Positions 1 to 9,468 of a stretch of 64,000 bases of DNA are shown here, piece by piece. The DNA comes from Acholeplasmataceae bacterium. Its GTDB lineage: Bacteria > Bacillota_I > Bacilli_A > ML615J-28 > CAG-313. The stretch covers positions 1,225-65,224 of the forward strand of contig DUPC01000034.1 of the NCBI GenBank assembly GCA_012838545.1. The letters are read 5' to 3'. A program made the translations under genes and the position numbers. Position 1 is the first letter of the stretch, and the number at the start of each line of letters is the position of its first letter. Below the pieces are notes generated by a model. That model did not search any database and was not told where the DNA came from. It was given only the letters and a program-made list of their open reading frames with translations.

Positions 1-4
1 AGCC

Positions 5-1948
5 ATGACCGAAAAGGAAGTAAAACAAACTTTCATCGACATGTACAACTATATGTACCGGTATTACAATAACGGTGCGGAACCATTATTGAAAAACGGC
101 AGTCACTATGAAGTCGAAAGCGAAACTGTTGACGAAGAAACAATCGAAAACATCAATTTCCTTGATTTATCGAGCGATAACATCAACAAGTATTCGAAAT
201 TTATCTTCACAGCCAAAGAATTGGATGACTTAAACTCTCAATTCAAATCAACAATTATCGATTCTTTGAAACTTGAGGATTCCTTCTACAAGTCTTATAC
301 CAATAGTCCGGTTAAACTTGCCACCAGCAAAACAGAACAAAAAAATGCTTCCGGATATTTCCTAGCCCTTAAGATTGAAGAAACCCTCGCTCAAAAATAT
401 GTTTTTGATTTCGACGATGATACCGACGAAGAAAAAATCCCTAGCGATGAATTGTTCGCCGAAATTGAAGAAAAACTCATCGAAGAAAACTTTACCCCCG
501 ATGTTGTTAGCGAAAAAATGTTTAAACTGCGTCGCGAACACGAATTGGTAATTTATGATTCGATTATTGAAGCGCTATACAAAAACGCTTATGACAATTT
601 CTTCAAAAACACCCTTAAGCTTGAAGCGGATAAATACCCAGAATTCAAGCCAACCAAGGAAAAAAGCAAAGATACAATATTAAGCTTTACCCTTAACGGC
701 CAAAAAGTGACTTACAAAGTTGCTGACTTCTTCAAGAACTTAAGCAATCGTTATGGCGTTAACGCTTCTTTCAGCTTCATGAATACCCATCTTTTCCTTG
801 CCAATAAAGAATACAACGAAATTTACAATCCAGTAACCAAAGAAGTCTACGATAAAGCTCGTTTAAAGGAAATCATTGAGCAAGATGTCAAGATGTATTC
901 CTACTATTTCTCTATGAATTATTTCGAAACTCAAGGTTTCCCTCAATCATACGGTTGGAAACGCTTCTTGAAAGAATTCTTCCAAGTGGAAGATGAAAAC
1001 GAACTAGCGGTTCAAATCAATGTTTTATCGGATGCCCAAACAAAATTTGCTAAAACATTCTATACTTATGATTTAACAGAAACCAATAATGTTGCAATGA
1101 ATACCCTAAAAGCCCGGATGGAAAAGATTCGTGACGAATATTTCTCAGGTTCAGTTTTCAATTTAATTGCTTATGTGGATTATAATGCAGATGGATTAGT
1201 TGATATTAACGATAAAGACGAAGAATCCGATTGGACTAACGAACAAAAAACGCTTGCTCAACTACTTCTCGAAAAGATTTTCGAAGACACTTTGACCAGC
1301 ACAGGTACTACATTATATGAACAAGTCAACGAAATTGCCAACAAATATAAAGACAGCGTATATCCAAAAGAAGACAAAGACCCAAGCGAAATGACCATTT
1401 ACGAACGGGCTAAAAAAGCCGGTTTGCATGTTAAATTGGAATCGGCTCAAACCTACACCAATTCTTCTGGTATTGTCGATGAATTCAAAGCAGAAATGAA
1501 AGCCTTATACGACATAGCCAGAGAAGCAGGCAAAATCGATGGTCCGTTAAGAAGCGATCCGTTCACAACCATGTATGGTTACCATAAGATTGCGCTTGTT
1601 TCGTATACTGATTATGCCTATAAGAATGCGGAAAAAACCGAAACAATTCCTACTGAAGAAGAAATTGAACTTTACGAAGAAAGCTTATTGCAAGATGCAA
1701 ATACCCCAGAGGAAGAAAAAATCACCATCAGCGATGAACTTAAAGCTGCTTTAACGTTCTACTATGAACCGGTTAAGCAATACTTCACCTCTGAAGACCG
1801 GGTAAGCCTAGGTTTAATCGATTATCGTGGCGAAAAAGTTGCTTCCGGAGAAATTTCTTATGCTGATGCCAACTTCAAAACCAAATTTGAAGCCATCAAC
1901 GCTGCTTTAAGAAAATCAGCCCTTGAAACCCTCGAGGAAGGAGAATAA
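5..1948 (+). CDS. Large secreted/lipoprotein-family protein and paralog of the next gene. It is probably truncated at the 5' end by the window edge, because the frame stays open back to nt 2.
   Basis: Long ORF with clear paralogy to ORF 1954..4413, e.g. EVKQTFIDMYN vs EVKQLFIDMFN, YFLALKIEE vs FFLALKVAE, and KVTYKVADFFKNLSNRYGV..NEIYNP vs KKTLTPDEFFNILKNMHGV..AKIYNP. It contains SurA-N/PrsA-N-like segments. No signal peptide is visible, consistent with a missing N-terminus. Confidence 0.6.
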   Translation: MTEKEVKQTFIDMYNYMYRYYNNGAEPLLKNGSHYEVESETVDEETIENINFLDLSSDNINKYSKFIFTAKELDDLNSQFKSTIIDSLKLEDSFYKSYTNSPVKLATSKTEQKNASGYFLALKIEETLAQKYVFDFDDDTDEEKIPSDELFAEIEEKLIEENFTPDVVSEKMFKLRREHELVIYDSIIEALYKNAYDNFFKNTLKLEADKYPEFKPTKEKSKDTILSFTLNGQKVTYKVADFFKNLSNRYGVNASFSFMNTHLFLANKEYNEIYNPVTKEVYDKARLKEIIEQDVKMYSYYFSMNYFETQGFPQSYGWKRFLKEFFQVEDENELAVQINVLSDAQTKFAKTFYTYDLTETNNVAMNTLKARMEKIRDEYFSGSVFNLIAYVDYNADGLVDINDKDEESDWTNEQKTLAQLLLEKIFEDTLTSTGTTLYEQVNEIANKYKDSVYPKEDKDPSEMTIYERAKKAGLHVKLESAQTYTNSSGIVDEFKAEMKALYDIAREAGKIDGPLRSDPFTTMYGYHKIALVSYTDYAYKNAEKTETIPTEEEIELYEESLLQDANTPEEEKITISDELKAALTFYYEPVKQYFTSEDRVSLGLIDYRGEKVASGEISYADANFKTKFEAINAALRKSALETLEEGE

Positions 1949-1953
1949 AACCG

Positions 1954-4413
1954 ATGCGCAGTTACTTATTAAAACTATCGACAATCCTCGTTATAGCCCT
2001 AGCAATCCTAGGGCTAACGGGATGCAAAAAGGATAAATACCAATATCCTTCCCAAATACCTACCCTTTCCAATCCAAACGGTACTTATCTAACCATCGGT
2101 GAATCAACCATCACCAACGAACGGATTTACCGTCGGATGCTTGCCAACCAAGGTTTGGATCGTTTCAACGATTGGTTGGACGAACAAATTCTTTCCGAAA
2201 TCACCATTGATGATGAAGAATTCACTGCTTTTAAAAACCGTTTAATCTATGGCGTAAGTGATTTAAGTGAATTTACCGGCGACTTGGAAGAAACCCTAAC
2301 CCGTCACACCAACAATATGATTGCTTCTGGTTATTTTACGGAAGATGCACGCAATAAGTATTACGAGTTGGAATATCGCCGTTTTGCCTTTGCCAAAACA
2401 AAACTATTGGAAGAAATCGCCTCCCGCGATGAAGACGAACCATATTTCAGCGAAGCAACCATCAAATCAACCTACAACAGCACCTATCGCCCAACCGTAA
2501 CAACAATCATCCTTTCCTTTACCAGCATTGCAGAAGCGAAAAAGCTTCTTCAAAATCATGGCGTCGACATTTTCAGAACTTCACCGCTTGGTTGGTATAA
2601 ACAAGAAAGCAGTAACCTCTTTGAGGAAGAGGAAGTAAAACAACTCTTTATAGACATGTTTAACGAGCAATATGCCTATAAAAATAATGGCGATGACATT
2701 TTGACTTCAGGAAATGGTTACACCGTTGAAGACGGTAAAATAATCTTCAACCTAACTAATGACATCAATGAACATGTCCAATTCGTTTACACTTATAAAG
2801 AATTGTCAAGCGTCAGTTCAACCATCGCTACGAGAGTCTTTAATGAATTAAAACTTGGCGAAGGTTTCCACAAATCCTTCACAACTGACACATTCCTTTA
2901 CCTCAATAACTTCTTCTTGGCACTTAAGGTTGCGGAATCGACAGTTCCTACTTTAGAAGAAGTGCGCGACAAAATAGTCGATCAATTGGTTAATCAAACA
3001 TTATCGGAAGATTTAATCAGATATCACCTCTATGTTGAACGCGAAAAAGCCAATGTTCAAATATATGACGAAGCATTGGAATCATTGTTTGTTCAAAATT
3101 ATAATGATACATTTAATGCTCAACAAATCACCGATTACAAAAAGTACAATAAAACGACCGGTGAAAGCAAAAGTATTGTAGCTGAAATTACCGTTAACGG
3201 TACTAAGAAAACATTAACCCCCGATGAGTTCTTCAATATTTTGAAAAACATGCATGGCGTGCAAACTTCGATTGATTACATGAACCAATACATCGTGTTG
3301 TCAAATGAAGCCTATGCAAAAATATACAATCCTTTTACGGATACGATAGTTAATCAAGAAAAATATCAAGAATTATTCGATAAAAACGTTAAGAAATATC
3401 AAGACGAACTTTCTAAAGGCACATTTGTTTCAATCGGCATGCCTTCGAACTACGGTTGGAGTAACTTCCTTCGCGACTACTTTGGCATAATGAGCGATAA
3501 GGAGTTGTTAATCAATGCGGCTCTTTATTCCGAAGCTTTGAATCTTTTCACCAAAGACCAATACTCTCTTGACGATTCCGATCCAGAAAGAAGTATTACC
3601 GCGCAAATGGAAAAGATTTACCAAGAATTCTTCAATATTAAGTCGTTCTCGCTTCATGCTTTCTATGACTATAATTTAGATACCGTAGCGGACGATCCGG
3701 AAGAATGGACAACCGAACAAAACGAAAAAGCTGAAGCTTTCCTGGACAAAGTCTTTAAACAAGCAGCTCTAAGCACCAAGAAAACAATTAAAGAAAGACT
3801 AACTGAAGTTGTCACTGCTTACAAACTTGCAGGTCTTGATGACGAAACTTGGGGCGAATTCAAAAAAGCCGGTTTAAGACTCAACATTACAACCGAAGGG
3901 ACCTACACCGCTGCCAGCACCTTACATGAAAATTACAAATCGACCTTAAAGGCTATTTGGAATCAATTGAAGGAAGAAGAATTGGTTGGAGAACTATTGG
4001 ATACTTCCGCCAATCCGGCACGCGTGAGCGTTTCCTACAAGACTACCACCGGTTTGAACAGAGCGGTTATCTTGAATAGTAAGGATGCAGTATACATTGA
4101 TTCTTCCCCGGAGAACCTAAAGATTTACCCAGACGAAGACTTAATCGAACTATATACAGTATACAAAAAACCGGACGAGGAAAAAACCAACGAAGAATTG
4201 AACATGCGCAAACCTACTCCAAAAGAATTGGAAGCAATTGATACTTACTACCTACCTGCAATCAAAACTCTTGAAGCTGCTTCACGAATCGATAAGATTT
4301 TGGTTTCTATCAGAGCTCAAATGATTTCGGACAACCTATTGAAATTTGCCAGCGAAATTGATAACCAAAACTATCAAACTTTATTAGAGGCTTATCAAGC
4401 TCTCAATAAATAA
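1954..4413 (+). CDS. Large lipoprotein of 819 aa with SurA-N/PrsA-like chaperone-like segments and no recognisable parvulin domain
   Basis: N-terminus MRSYLLKLSTILVIALAILGLTGCKKD shows a signal peptide plus an LTGC lipobox. Residues from about 220 onward are paralogous to the upstream ORF. It starts 5 nt after the upstream stop. Confidence 0.65.
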   Translation: MRSYLLKLSTILVIALAILGLTGCKKDKYQYPSQIPTLSNPNGTYLTIGESTITNERIYRRMLANQGLDRFNDWLDEQILSEITIDDEEFTAFKNRLIYGVSDLSEFTGDLEETLTRHTNNMIASGYFTEDARNKYYELEYRRFAFAKTKLLEEIASRDEDEPYFSEATIKSTYNSTYRPTVTTIILSFTSIAEAKKLLQNHGVDIFRTSPLGWYKQESSNLFEEEEVKQLFIDMFNEQYAYKNNGDDILTSGNGYTVEDGKIIFNLTNDINEHVQFVYTYKELSSVSSTIATRVFNELKLGEGFHKSFTTDTFLYLNNFFLALKVAESTVPTLEEVRDKIVDQLVNQTLSEDLIRYHLYVEREKANVQIYDEALESLFVQNYNDTFNAQQITDYKKYNKTTGESKSIVAEITVNGTKKTLTPDEFFNILKNMHGVQTSIDYMNQYIVLSNEAYAKIYNPFTDTIVNQEKYQELFDKNVKKYQDELSKGTFVSIGMPSNYGWSNFLRDYFGIMSDKELLINAALYSEALNLFTKDQYSLDDSDPERSITAQMEKIYQEFFNIKSFSLHAFYDYNLDTVADDPEEWTTEQNEKAEAFLDKVFKQAALSTKKTIKERLTEVVTAYKLAGLDDETWGEFKKAGLRLNITTEGTYTAASTLHENYKSTLKAIWNQLKEEELVGELLDTSANPARVSVSYKTTTGLNRAVILNSKDAVYIDSSPENLKIYPDEDLIELYTVYKKPDEEKTNEELNMRKPTPKELEAIDTYYLPAIKTLEAASRIDKILVSIRAQMISDNLLKFASEIDNQNYQTLLEAYQALNK

Positions 4414-4450
4414 GCAGAAAAAGTTGCAACTTTACTCTCGCAATGAATCA

Positions 4451-4487
4451 AAAAGGACATATCATGCTCGATATGTCCTTTTCTTTT
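4451..4487. terminator. Bidirectional rho-independent terminator between the convergent lipoprotein gene and yhaM
   Basis: A perfect 13-bp stem aaaaggacatatc / gatatgtcctttt with the 6-nt loop atgctc is flanked by T/A runs. Confidence 0.6.
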
Positions 4488-4496
4488 GTTAAATAT

Positions 4497-5444
4497 TTAA
4501 TTTTCTTTTGTTTCGTTTTTGTCGCTTACGACATATAAAGGTTTTTTGCCCAAAGCGGAAATCGGATTGGTCCAAGTGCCTTTTTCGGTTTTCGCTACTT
4601 CATCCTCAATCGCACCCATCCGCGAATCCGTTAGGTCAATTAAATATAAAGCAACTGCTTCCATCATCAAGGGTTCCTTAGCGCTACCGTATTGAAGTTC
4701 GCCGTGATGGGCAATGACTAAGTGTAAAAGCGATTGAACTTCTTCGATTTCCAAGATATTTAGTTTCTCAGCTTCGACTGTAAGCATATTGAGACCGATA
4801 ATCAGGTGTCCAAGCAAATTGCCTTCCTTAGTGTATTGGGGTTGTTTGGCATCGGAGAATTCTTTGGTTTTTCCGATATCGTGCACCAAGACACCGGCAT
4901 ATAGCAAATCTTTATTAATACTCGGGTAGTTGGAAATGAATTGATCTGCTAAACGCAACATGGAGTAAGTATGGTAGGCCAAACCCGATAAATAGTTATG
5001 ATGCATGGAAACTCCGCCGGGAAAGGTGAAGAAATCCTCATAGACATTATCAATAACCTTTTTGACCAAGGTCTTTAGGTTTTCGTTTTGAATACTTTTA
5101 ATATATTCTTTAATTTTCTCTTCCAAAACTGTCCTTTCGAGCGGCGCAAACCGATAGAATTCGTTGATGTCAATTTCGCCTTCCTCGACGTCTTGAATGT
5201 TATTGATGACCGCTTGGATTTTACCCCCGAAATCGTTAATTTTTAACGACATTTTATAGACCACACCGCTCGCTAAGTCTTTTTTCAAATTAATATCCCA
5301 AAGACGCGCATCAAGCGTTGTCTCGCCATCGGAGATGAGTAAACCATAATAAGGCGTTTGGTTAACGGTGTAACGAATGCGAAAGTCTTGAACCAAGGCA
5401 TAGGCTTCTAAAAAATCGCCTGGTTTTAGATGTTTAAACTTCAT
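4497..5444 (-). CDS. yhaM: 3'-5' exoribonuclease YhaM (OB-fold plus HD domain)
   Basis: Its 315 aa match the B. subtilis YhaM length. It has an N-terminal OB-fold segment and an HD motif (LVHDIGKTKEF, AHHGELQYGSAKEP). Confidence 0.8.
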   Translation of the reverse strand: MKFKHLKPGDFLEAYALVQDFRIRYTVNQTPYYGLLISDGETTLDARLWDINLKKDLASGVVYKMSLKINDFGGKIQAVINNIQDVEEGEIDINEFYRFAPLERTVLEEKIKEYIKSIQNENLKTLVKKVIDNVYEDFFTFPGGVSMHHNYLSGLAYHTYSMLRLADQFISNYPSINKDLLYAGVLVHDIGKTKEFSDAKQPQYTKEGNLLGHLIIGLNMLTVEAEKLNILEIEEVQSLLHLVIAHHGELQYGSAKEPLMMEAVALYLIDLTDSRMGAIEDEVAKTEKGTWTNPISALGKKPLYVVSDKNETKEN

Positions 5445-5445
5445 T

Positions 5446-6870
5446 TTAATTTACCTCAAATTTCTTGTATTCCGGTTTTTGTTTCACCAGCAGCGAATGG
5501 ACGGCTTCGCGAACTTGTTTTTTAATTGCTTCTTGTTCGGCTTTGGTTTTTTTATCAAAATCATGAATCAAAGCAATATTTTCTTCATAGCGAAGCGCAA
5601 ATTCCCGTTTGTATTGATTATAGAGTTCTGTATCGAATTCAGCGGTTTTTTCTGTTCCTACCGGCGTGTACTTGACTTTTTCTTTAGATTTAGGTTTTTG
5701 TTTAATAATCTCATATTGGCGAAGCGCTTCCGCTTTTAAAACTTCAAACTCATTGGGAATTATTCCACTGATGATTTGTTCTTTTAAAGATTCAATGATT
5801 TCGCCCACAAACGGTCCGGTTGAACCGCCGGTTAGTTCGATTAAATGTTGCGCTTTAAAGGCCATTTGGCTGGTGGTGATAAATACGGTTTGTTTTTGAA
5901 CTTTGGCAATTTGTTTAGCTTTACTTTTGTAGCGTTTTAACAAAAGCACATTGATTAGGTCCGCTTGGCGGAGTTTATCCACGCCAAAGTGATAAATCAT
6001 TAACGGGGTGGCGTCACTCATTTCTAATTCGTTGGATAATGCGACTAAACTTTGCACATCCTTCATTTCTTGGTGGGTTAAGGCATGAATCGTCGGAAAA
6101 CTTCCGGAGCGCTTAAAACAAATAGCCATCTTTTCCAAGGTCGAAAGAGTCGCAAAACGCTTTATAAGATAGGAAATACCTTCCCCATAAGGTTTTAGAT
6201 TAGAAAGCAAGCCCATTTTTTTTATTTTCTTTAGCGTTTTTTTACCATAAGGTGCTTCAAAAATTTTCCTTAGTTCTGCCGATGCTTTATATTCGGATAT
6301 TTCAATCAAATATTTTTTGGTTTGTTTGATGCTTTTTTGGGTCGCTTTGGCCAGTTTAAAATTAAACCTGGCCATTAGAGAAAAGGCCCGCAAAATGCGC
6401 AAAGGATCCTCGCGAAAACTCTTTTTCGGTTTACCGATGGTGCGAATAATCCCCTTTTGCAAATCTTTCCGCCCTCCACAAAAATCAATAATGTTTTGGG
6501 AAGCCGACATTGCCATACCGTTTATGGTAAAATCCCGCCGCATAATATCGTCTTGCAATTTTTGCGAATAATGGATTTCCGTCGGTTTTCTGGATACGGT
6601 ATATACTTCGCTGCGAAAAGTGGCAATTTCAAATTTAAAGCCATCCAAGCGAACCGACATGGTTCCCATGGTCATATATTCGGTTGAAGCATCGGGGAAA
6701 ACTTCTAAGATTTGTTCCGGAGTTGCATTTGTGGCAATATCGATATCAGTAAATGGCATATGCATCAAATGATCGCGCACAATCCCACCCACTAAATAAG
6801 CTTCGTAGGTACATTCGTTTAAGCGACGAACAATCGCCAAACCTTTTTCAAAATAAGCGTTTTGATCCAT
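5446..6870 (-). CDS. cca: CCA-adding tRNA nucleotidyltransferase (PolyA-polymerase head domain family)
   Basis: The N-terminal motif GGIVRDHLMHMPFTDIDIAT carries the class II nucleotidyltransferase GG..D.D signature. The gene is 1 nt downstream of yhaM, which resembles the conserved Bacilli arrangement. Confidence 0.8.
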   Translation of the reverse strand: MDQNAYFEKGLAIVRRLNECTYEAYLVGGIVRDHLMHMPFTDIDIATNATPEQILEVFPDASTEYMTMGTMSVRLDGFKFEIATFRSEVYTVSRKPTEIHYSQKLQDDIMRRDFTINGMAMSASQNIIDFCGGRKDLQKGIIRTIGKPKKSFREDPLRILRAFSLMARFNFKLAKATQKSIKQTKKYLIEISEYKASAELRKIFEAPYGKKTLKKIKKMGLLSNLKPYGEGISYLIKRFATLSTLEKMAICFKRSGSFPTIHALTHQEMKDVQSLVALSNELEMSDATPLMIYHFGVDKLRQADLINVLLLKRYKSKAKQIAKVQKQTVFITTSQMAFKAQHLIELTGGSTGPFVGEIIESLKEQIISGIIPNEFEVLKAEALRQYEIIKQKPKSKEKVKYTPVGTEKTAEFDTELYNQYKREFALRYEENIALIHDFDKKTKAEQEAIKKQVREAVHSLLVKQKPEYKKFEVN

Positions 6871-6889
6871 TTAACCATCCCCTTAAAAA

Positions 6890-7987
6890 TTAAACATTAA
6901 AACGATAATAGATAATATCTCCGTCTTGAACTACGTAATCTTTGCCTTCAATTCGGTAACGTCCCGCTTCCTTGACTTTGGCAGGCGTCCCGTATTTCAT
7001 CAAATCATCAAAATGCATAATTTCCGCCCGGATAAATCCCCGTTCGAAATCGCTGTGAATGATGCCTGCACATTCCGGTGCTTTCATGCCGCGTTTAAAG
7101 GTCCAAGCTCGAACTTCTTTTTCGCCCCCGGTCAGAAAGGTCGATAATCCCAACAAATGATAAGATGTTTTAACCAAACGGTCGAGACCGCTTTCGCTTA
7201 AGCCCATCTCTTCTAAAAACATAACTTTATCTTCCGGATCCAATTCGGCTAATTCTTCTTCGATTTTCGCGCAGATTGTCAAGACTTCGCTTCCTTCTTG
7301 GAAAGCGATTTTCTTTACCTCCTCAACATAAGCATTGCCTTTAACCACATCCGTCTCACTGACATTGGCCACATAGACAACGGGTTTCATCGTGAGGAGT
7401 TGATAATGTTTGAGAATCGGCGTTTCCATATCATTAAATGTTAAACTGCGCGCCGGAAAACCCTGTAAAAGGTGGTCTTTTAACTTAAGCAACAAATCGT
7501 ATTCCTCAACTGCTTCCTCATCGACTTTCAGTTGAGCTTTCTTTTCGATTTTCGGTATCCGTTTTTCAATCATCTCAAGATCTGCAAAAATTAATTCCAA
7601 TTGAATTGTTTCGATGTCTCTTGCGGGGTTAACGGTTCCGTCTACATGGGTGATATTGGCATCGTCAAAGCAGCGAACCACATGGCAAATCGCATCGACA
7701 TTTCGGATATGGGATAAAAATTGGTTGCCCAAGCCTTCGCCGCGACTAGCCCCTTTAACCAAACCCGCTATATCCGTAAACGAAAAAGTAGTTCTTACGA
7801 CGATTTTGGGATTATAAATTTTCGCCAAGGCATCGACGCGGGGATCGTTGATTTCCACAATTCCCACATTCGGTTCAATGGTCGCAAATGGGTAGTTCTC
7901 TGCTAAAACTTTCGATTTGGTAATGGCATTGAAAAGCGTGGATTTTCCCACATTGGGTAAACCAACAATGCCGGCGGTTAAACTCAT
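6890..7987 (-). CDS. ychF: Ribosome-binding ATPase YchF (Obg-like ATPase)
   Basis: The P-loop GIVGLPNVGKSTLFNA is present. The 365-aa length and C-terminal TGS-like region are typical of YchF. Confidence 0.9.
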   Translation of the reverse strand: MSLTAGIVGLPNVGKSTLFNAITKSKVLAENYPFATIEPNVGIVEINDPRVDALAKIYNPKIVVRTTFSFTDIAGLVKGASRGEGLGNQFLSHIRNVDAICHVVRCFDDANITHVDGTVNPARDIETIQLELIFADLEMIEKRIPKIEKKAQLKVDEEAVEEYDLLLKLKDHLLQGFPARSLTFNDMETPILKHYQLLTMKPVVYVANVSETDVVKGNAYVEEVKKIAFQEGSEVLTICAKIEEELAELDPEDKVMFLEEMGLSESGLDRLVKTSYHLLGLSTFLTGGEKEVRAWTFKRGMKAPECAGIIHSDFERGFIRAEIMHFDDLMKYGTPAKVKEAGRYRIEGKDYVVQDGDIIYYRFNV

Positions 7988-8001
7988 AGTAATCTTGCTC
8001 C

Positions 8002-8862
8002 TTACAATATGATAAAGATTAGTGAAATTAACAATATTCTAAAAATAATATTAAAGATTAATTTGCGACGAAAGAAAACATATGTCGTCGATAAGAAGGT
8101 TTGTAACAAGAGGTTACCGATAATCATCGGCATATTAAAGCCAAACGCCAGCCAATCAAAGAACGCTCCGCTCAAAGCGATGATGATGACAACAAGTGTA
8201 TCCGGCAAAAGCGTTGCTTCATCCAAAATCTCTACCAAAGCAAACCTAAAGATTACTTCCTGGATAAAGGCATAACTAATTAAAGCAACAAAAATCTTGG
8301 CGTAAGCGCGAGGGGAAATAAAGTCTATCAATTCCCCGGGACTCTTTATTATTTGTTGAAAAAAAGACGGTAAAAAACTGATGGAGGTTTTTTGTGCCAA
8401 AAAGGCAAAAAACACTAAGCCAAAAATCCCAAACCATAAAGCATATAGGATTTCACCGGAATAAAAGAAACCAATGACTTTTTTAATTTTTTGGCGATAT
8501 ATTATAAGCAACATAGCCAAAAGCGCTATGGATGTTACTAAGATGGCATAAGTGTGGGAAAACAAAGTGATGGATGCAGGGAGACGTTCATCCAGTTCGC
8601 CAAAGGGAACATTGGGAAAAAAGCGGTCGAAAAGAATGCTGAAAACGACGATTAAAATACCGTTTAAAAAAAAGGCCACAAAAAAAGCTAAAAAAAGTTG
8701 TGTGATATATTGTTTGATTTGGGAAGGAGTGTCCTTCCCTTGCATTTTGGCCTGAACTTTGGGACTAAACTCCCCACAGCGAGTACAATAAACTTCGTTA
8801 TCGTTTAAGACTCGATAACATTTTTCGCACCTTATTTTCATTGTTTTCACCTTACTTAACAA
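8002..8862 (-). CDS. Polytopic membrane protein with an N-terminal C4 zinc ribbon and a CPBP (CAAX-protease-like) motif
   Basis: The N-terminus CEKCYRVLNDNEVYCTRCG follows a CxxC-x11-CxxC pattern. Multiple transmembrane helices follow, and the motif IQEVIFRFAL resembles the CPBP E-E-x3-R motif 1. Confidence 0.5.
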   Translation of the reverse strand: MLSKVKTMKIRCEKCYRVLNDNEVYCTRCGEFSPKVQAKMQGKDTPSQIKQYITQLFLAFFVAFFLNGILIVVFSILFDRFFPNVPFGELDERLPASITLFSHTYAILVTSIALLAMLLIIYRQKIKKVIGFFYSGEILYALWFGIFGLVFFAFLAQKTSISFLPSFFQQIIKSPGELIDFISPRAYAKIFVALISYAFIQEVIFRFALVEILDEATLLPDTLVVIIIALSGAFFDWLAFGFNMPMIIGNLLLQTFLSTTYVFFRRKLIFNIIFRILLISLIFIIL

Positions 8863-9031
8863 TTATACCATATAAAGGCGCATTTGAAAAGTTTTTCATA
8901 CTTTAACTTTTTTTACCCCAAAGCGACAAAAAATACCCTAAACTTCTTGACAAGCGTTTTTGGCCTATGTTAGAATAAAGACTAGGGGCATTCCCTATAA
9001 GAAATAAAAACCTATTAAAAAGGAGAATAAT

Positions 9032-9349
9032 ATGGACATTGTAATTTTAGGATCAATCAAGCAAACGATAAAACCGTTTGAAGGAATAGCAATCAAAGAA
9101 GTAAAGCAAACGGCCGTTTTAACCGATGACCATAACCTGCAAACCGAAAATAACCAAATCTTTTTCGACTACTTGATTATAGGCGATTTTTCGCTAATCA
9201 AAAGCGATAAGCAAAACTTGATGCTTCTGGAAATGGGTTTTCCGATTGTCAATTTTTATCGTCAAACATCTTGCGAAAATATCTATTATGTGGACGGTCC
9301 GGAAGCTTTAAACCAAGCATTGTTCCACATAGTGGATGGCGATTTGTAG
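9032..9349 (+). CDS. Hypothetical protein of 105 aa
   Basis: A strong RBS aaaggagaataatATG precedes it and a clean terminator follows. I recognised no domain. Confidence 0.4.
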   Translation: MDIVILGSIKQTIKPFEGIAIKEVKQTAVLTDDHNLQTENNQIFFDYLIIGDFSLIKSDKQNLMLLEMGFPIVNFYRQTSCENIYYVDGPEALNQALFHIVDGDL

Positions 9350-9352
9350 AGT

Positions 9353-9398
9353 GAACACTGATTACGAAATGGTCAGTGTTTTTTCTTTTTTTTCGCTT
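9353..9398 (+). terminator. Rho-independent terminator after ORF 9032..9349
   Basis: The stem gaacactga / tcagtgtt(t) has an 11-nt loop and is followed by TTTTTTCTTTTTTTT. Confidence 0.6.
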
Positions 9399-9468
9399 TG
9401 TATAGCAAAACCAATTTGACTAATAATAATTTGTGGATAGATTTGTCTTCGGAAAGGGTGAAGAAACC

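Noticed and set aside
5479-6687. Four small plus-strand ORFs (5479..5739, 5666..5899, 6317..6571, 6457..6687)
   Set aside because: They are antisense to the well-supported cca gene and have a low-complexity F/L/K-rich composition typical of shadow ORFs.
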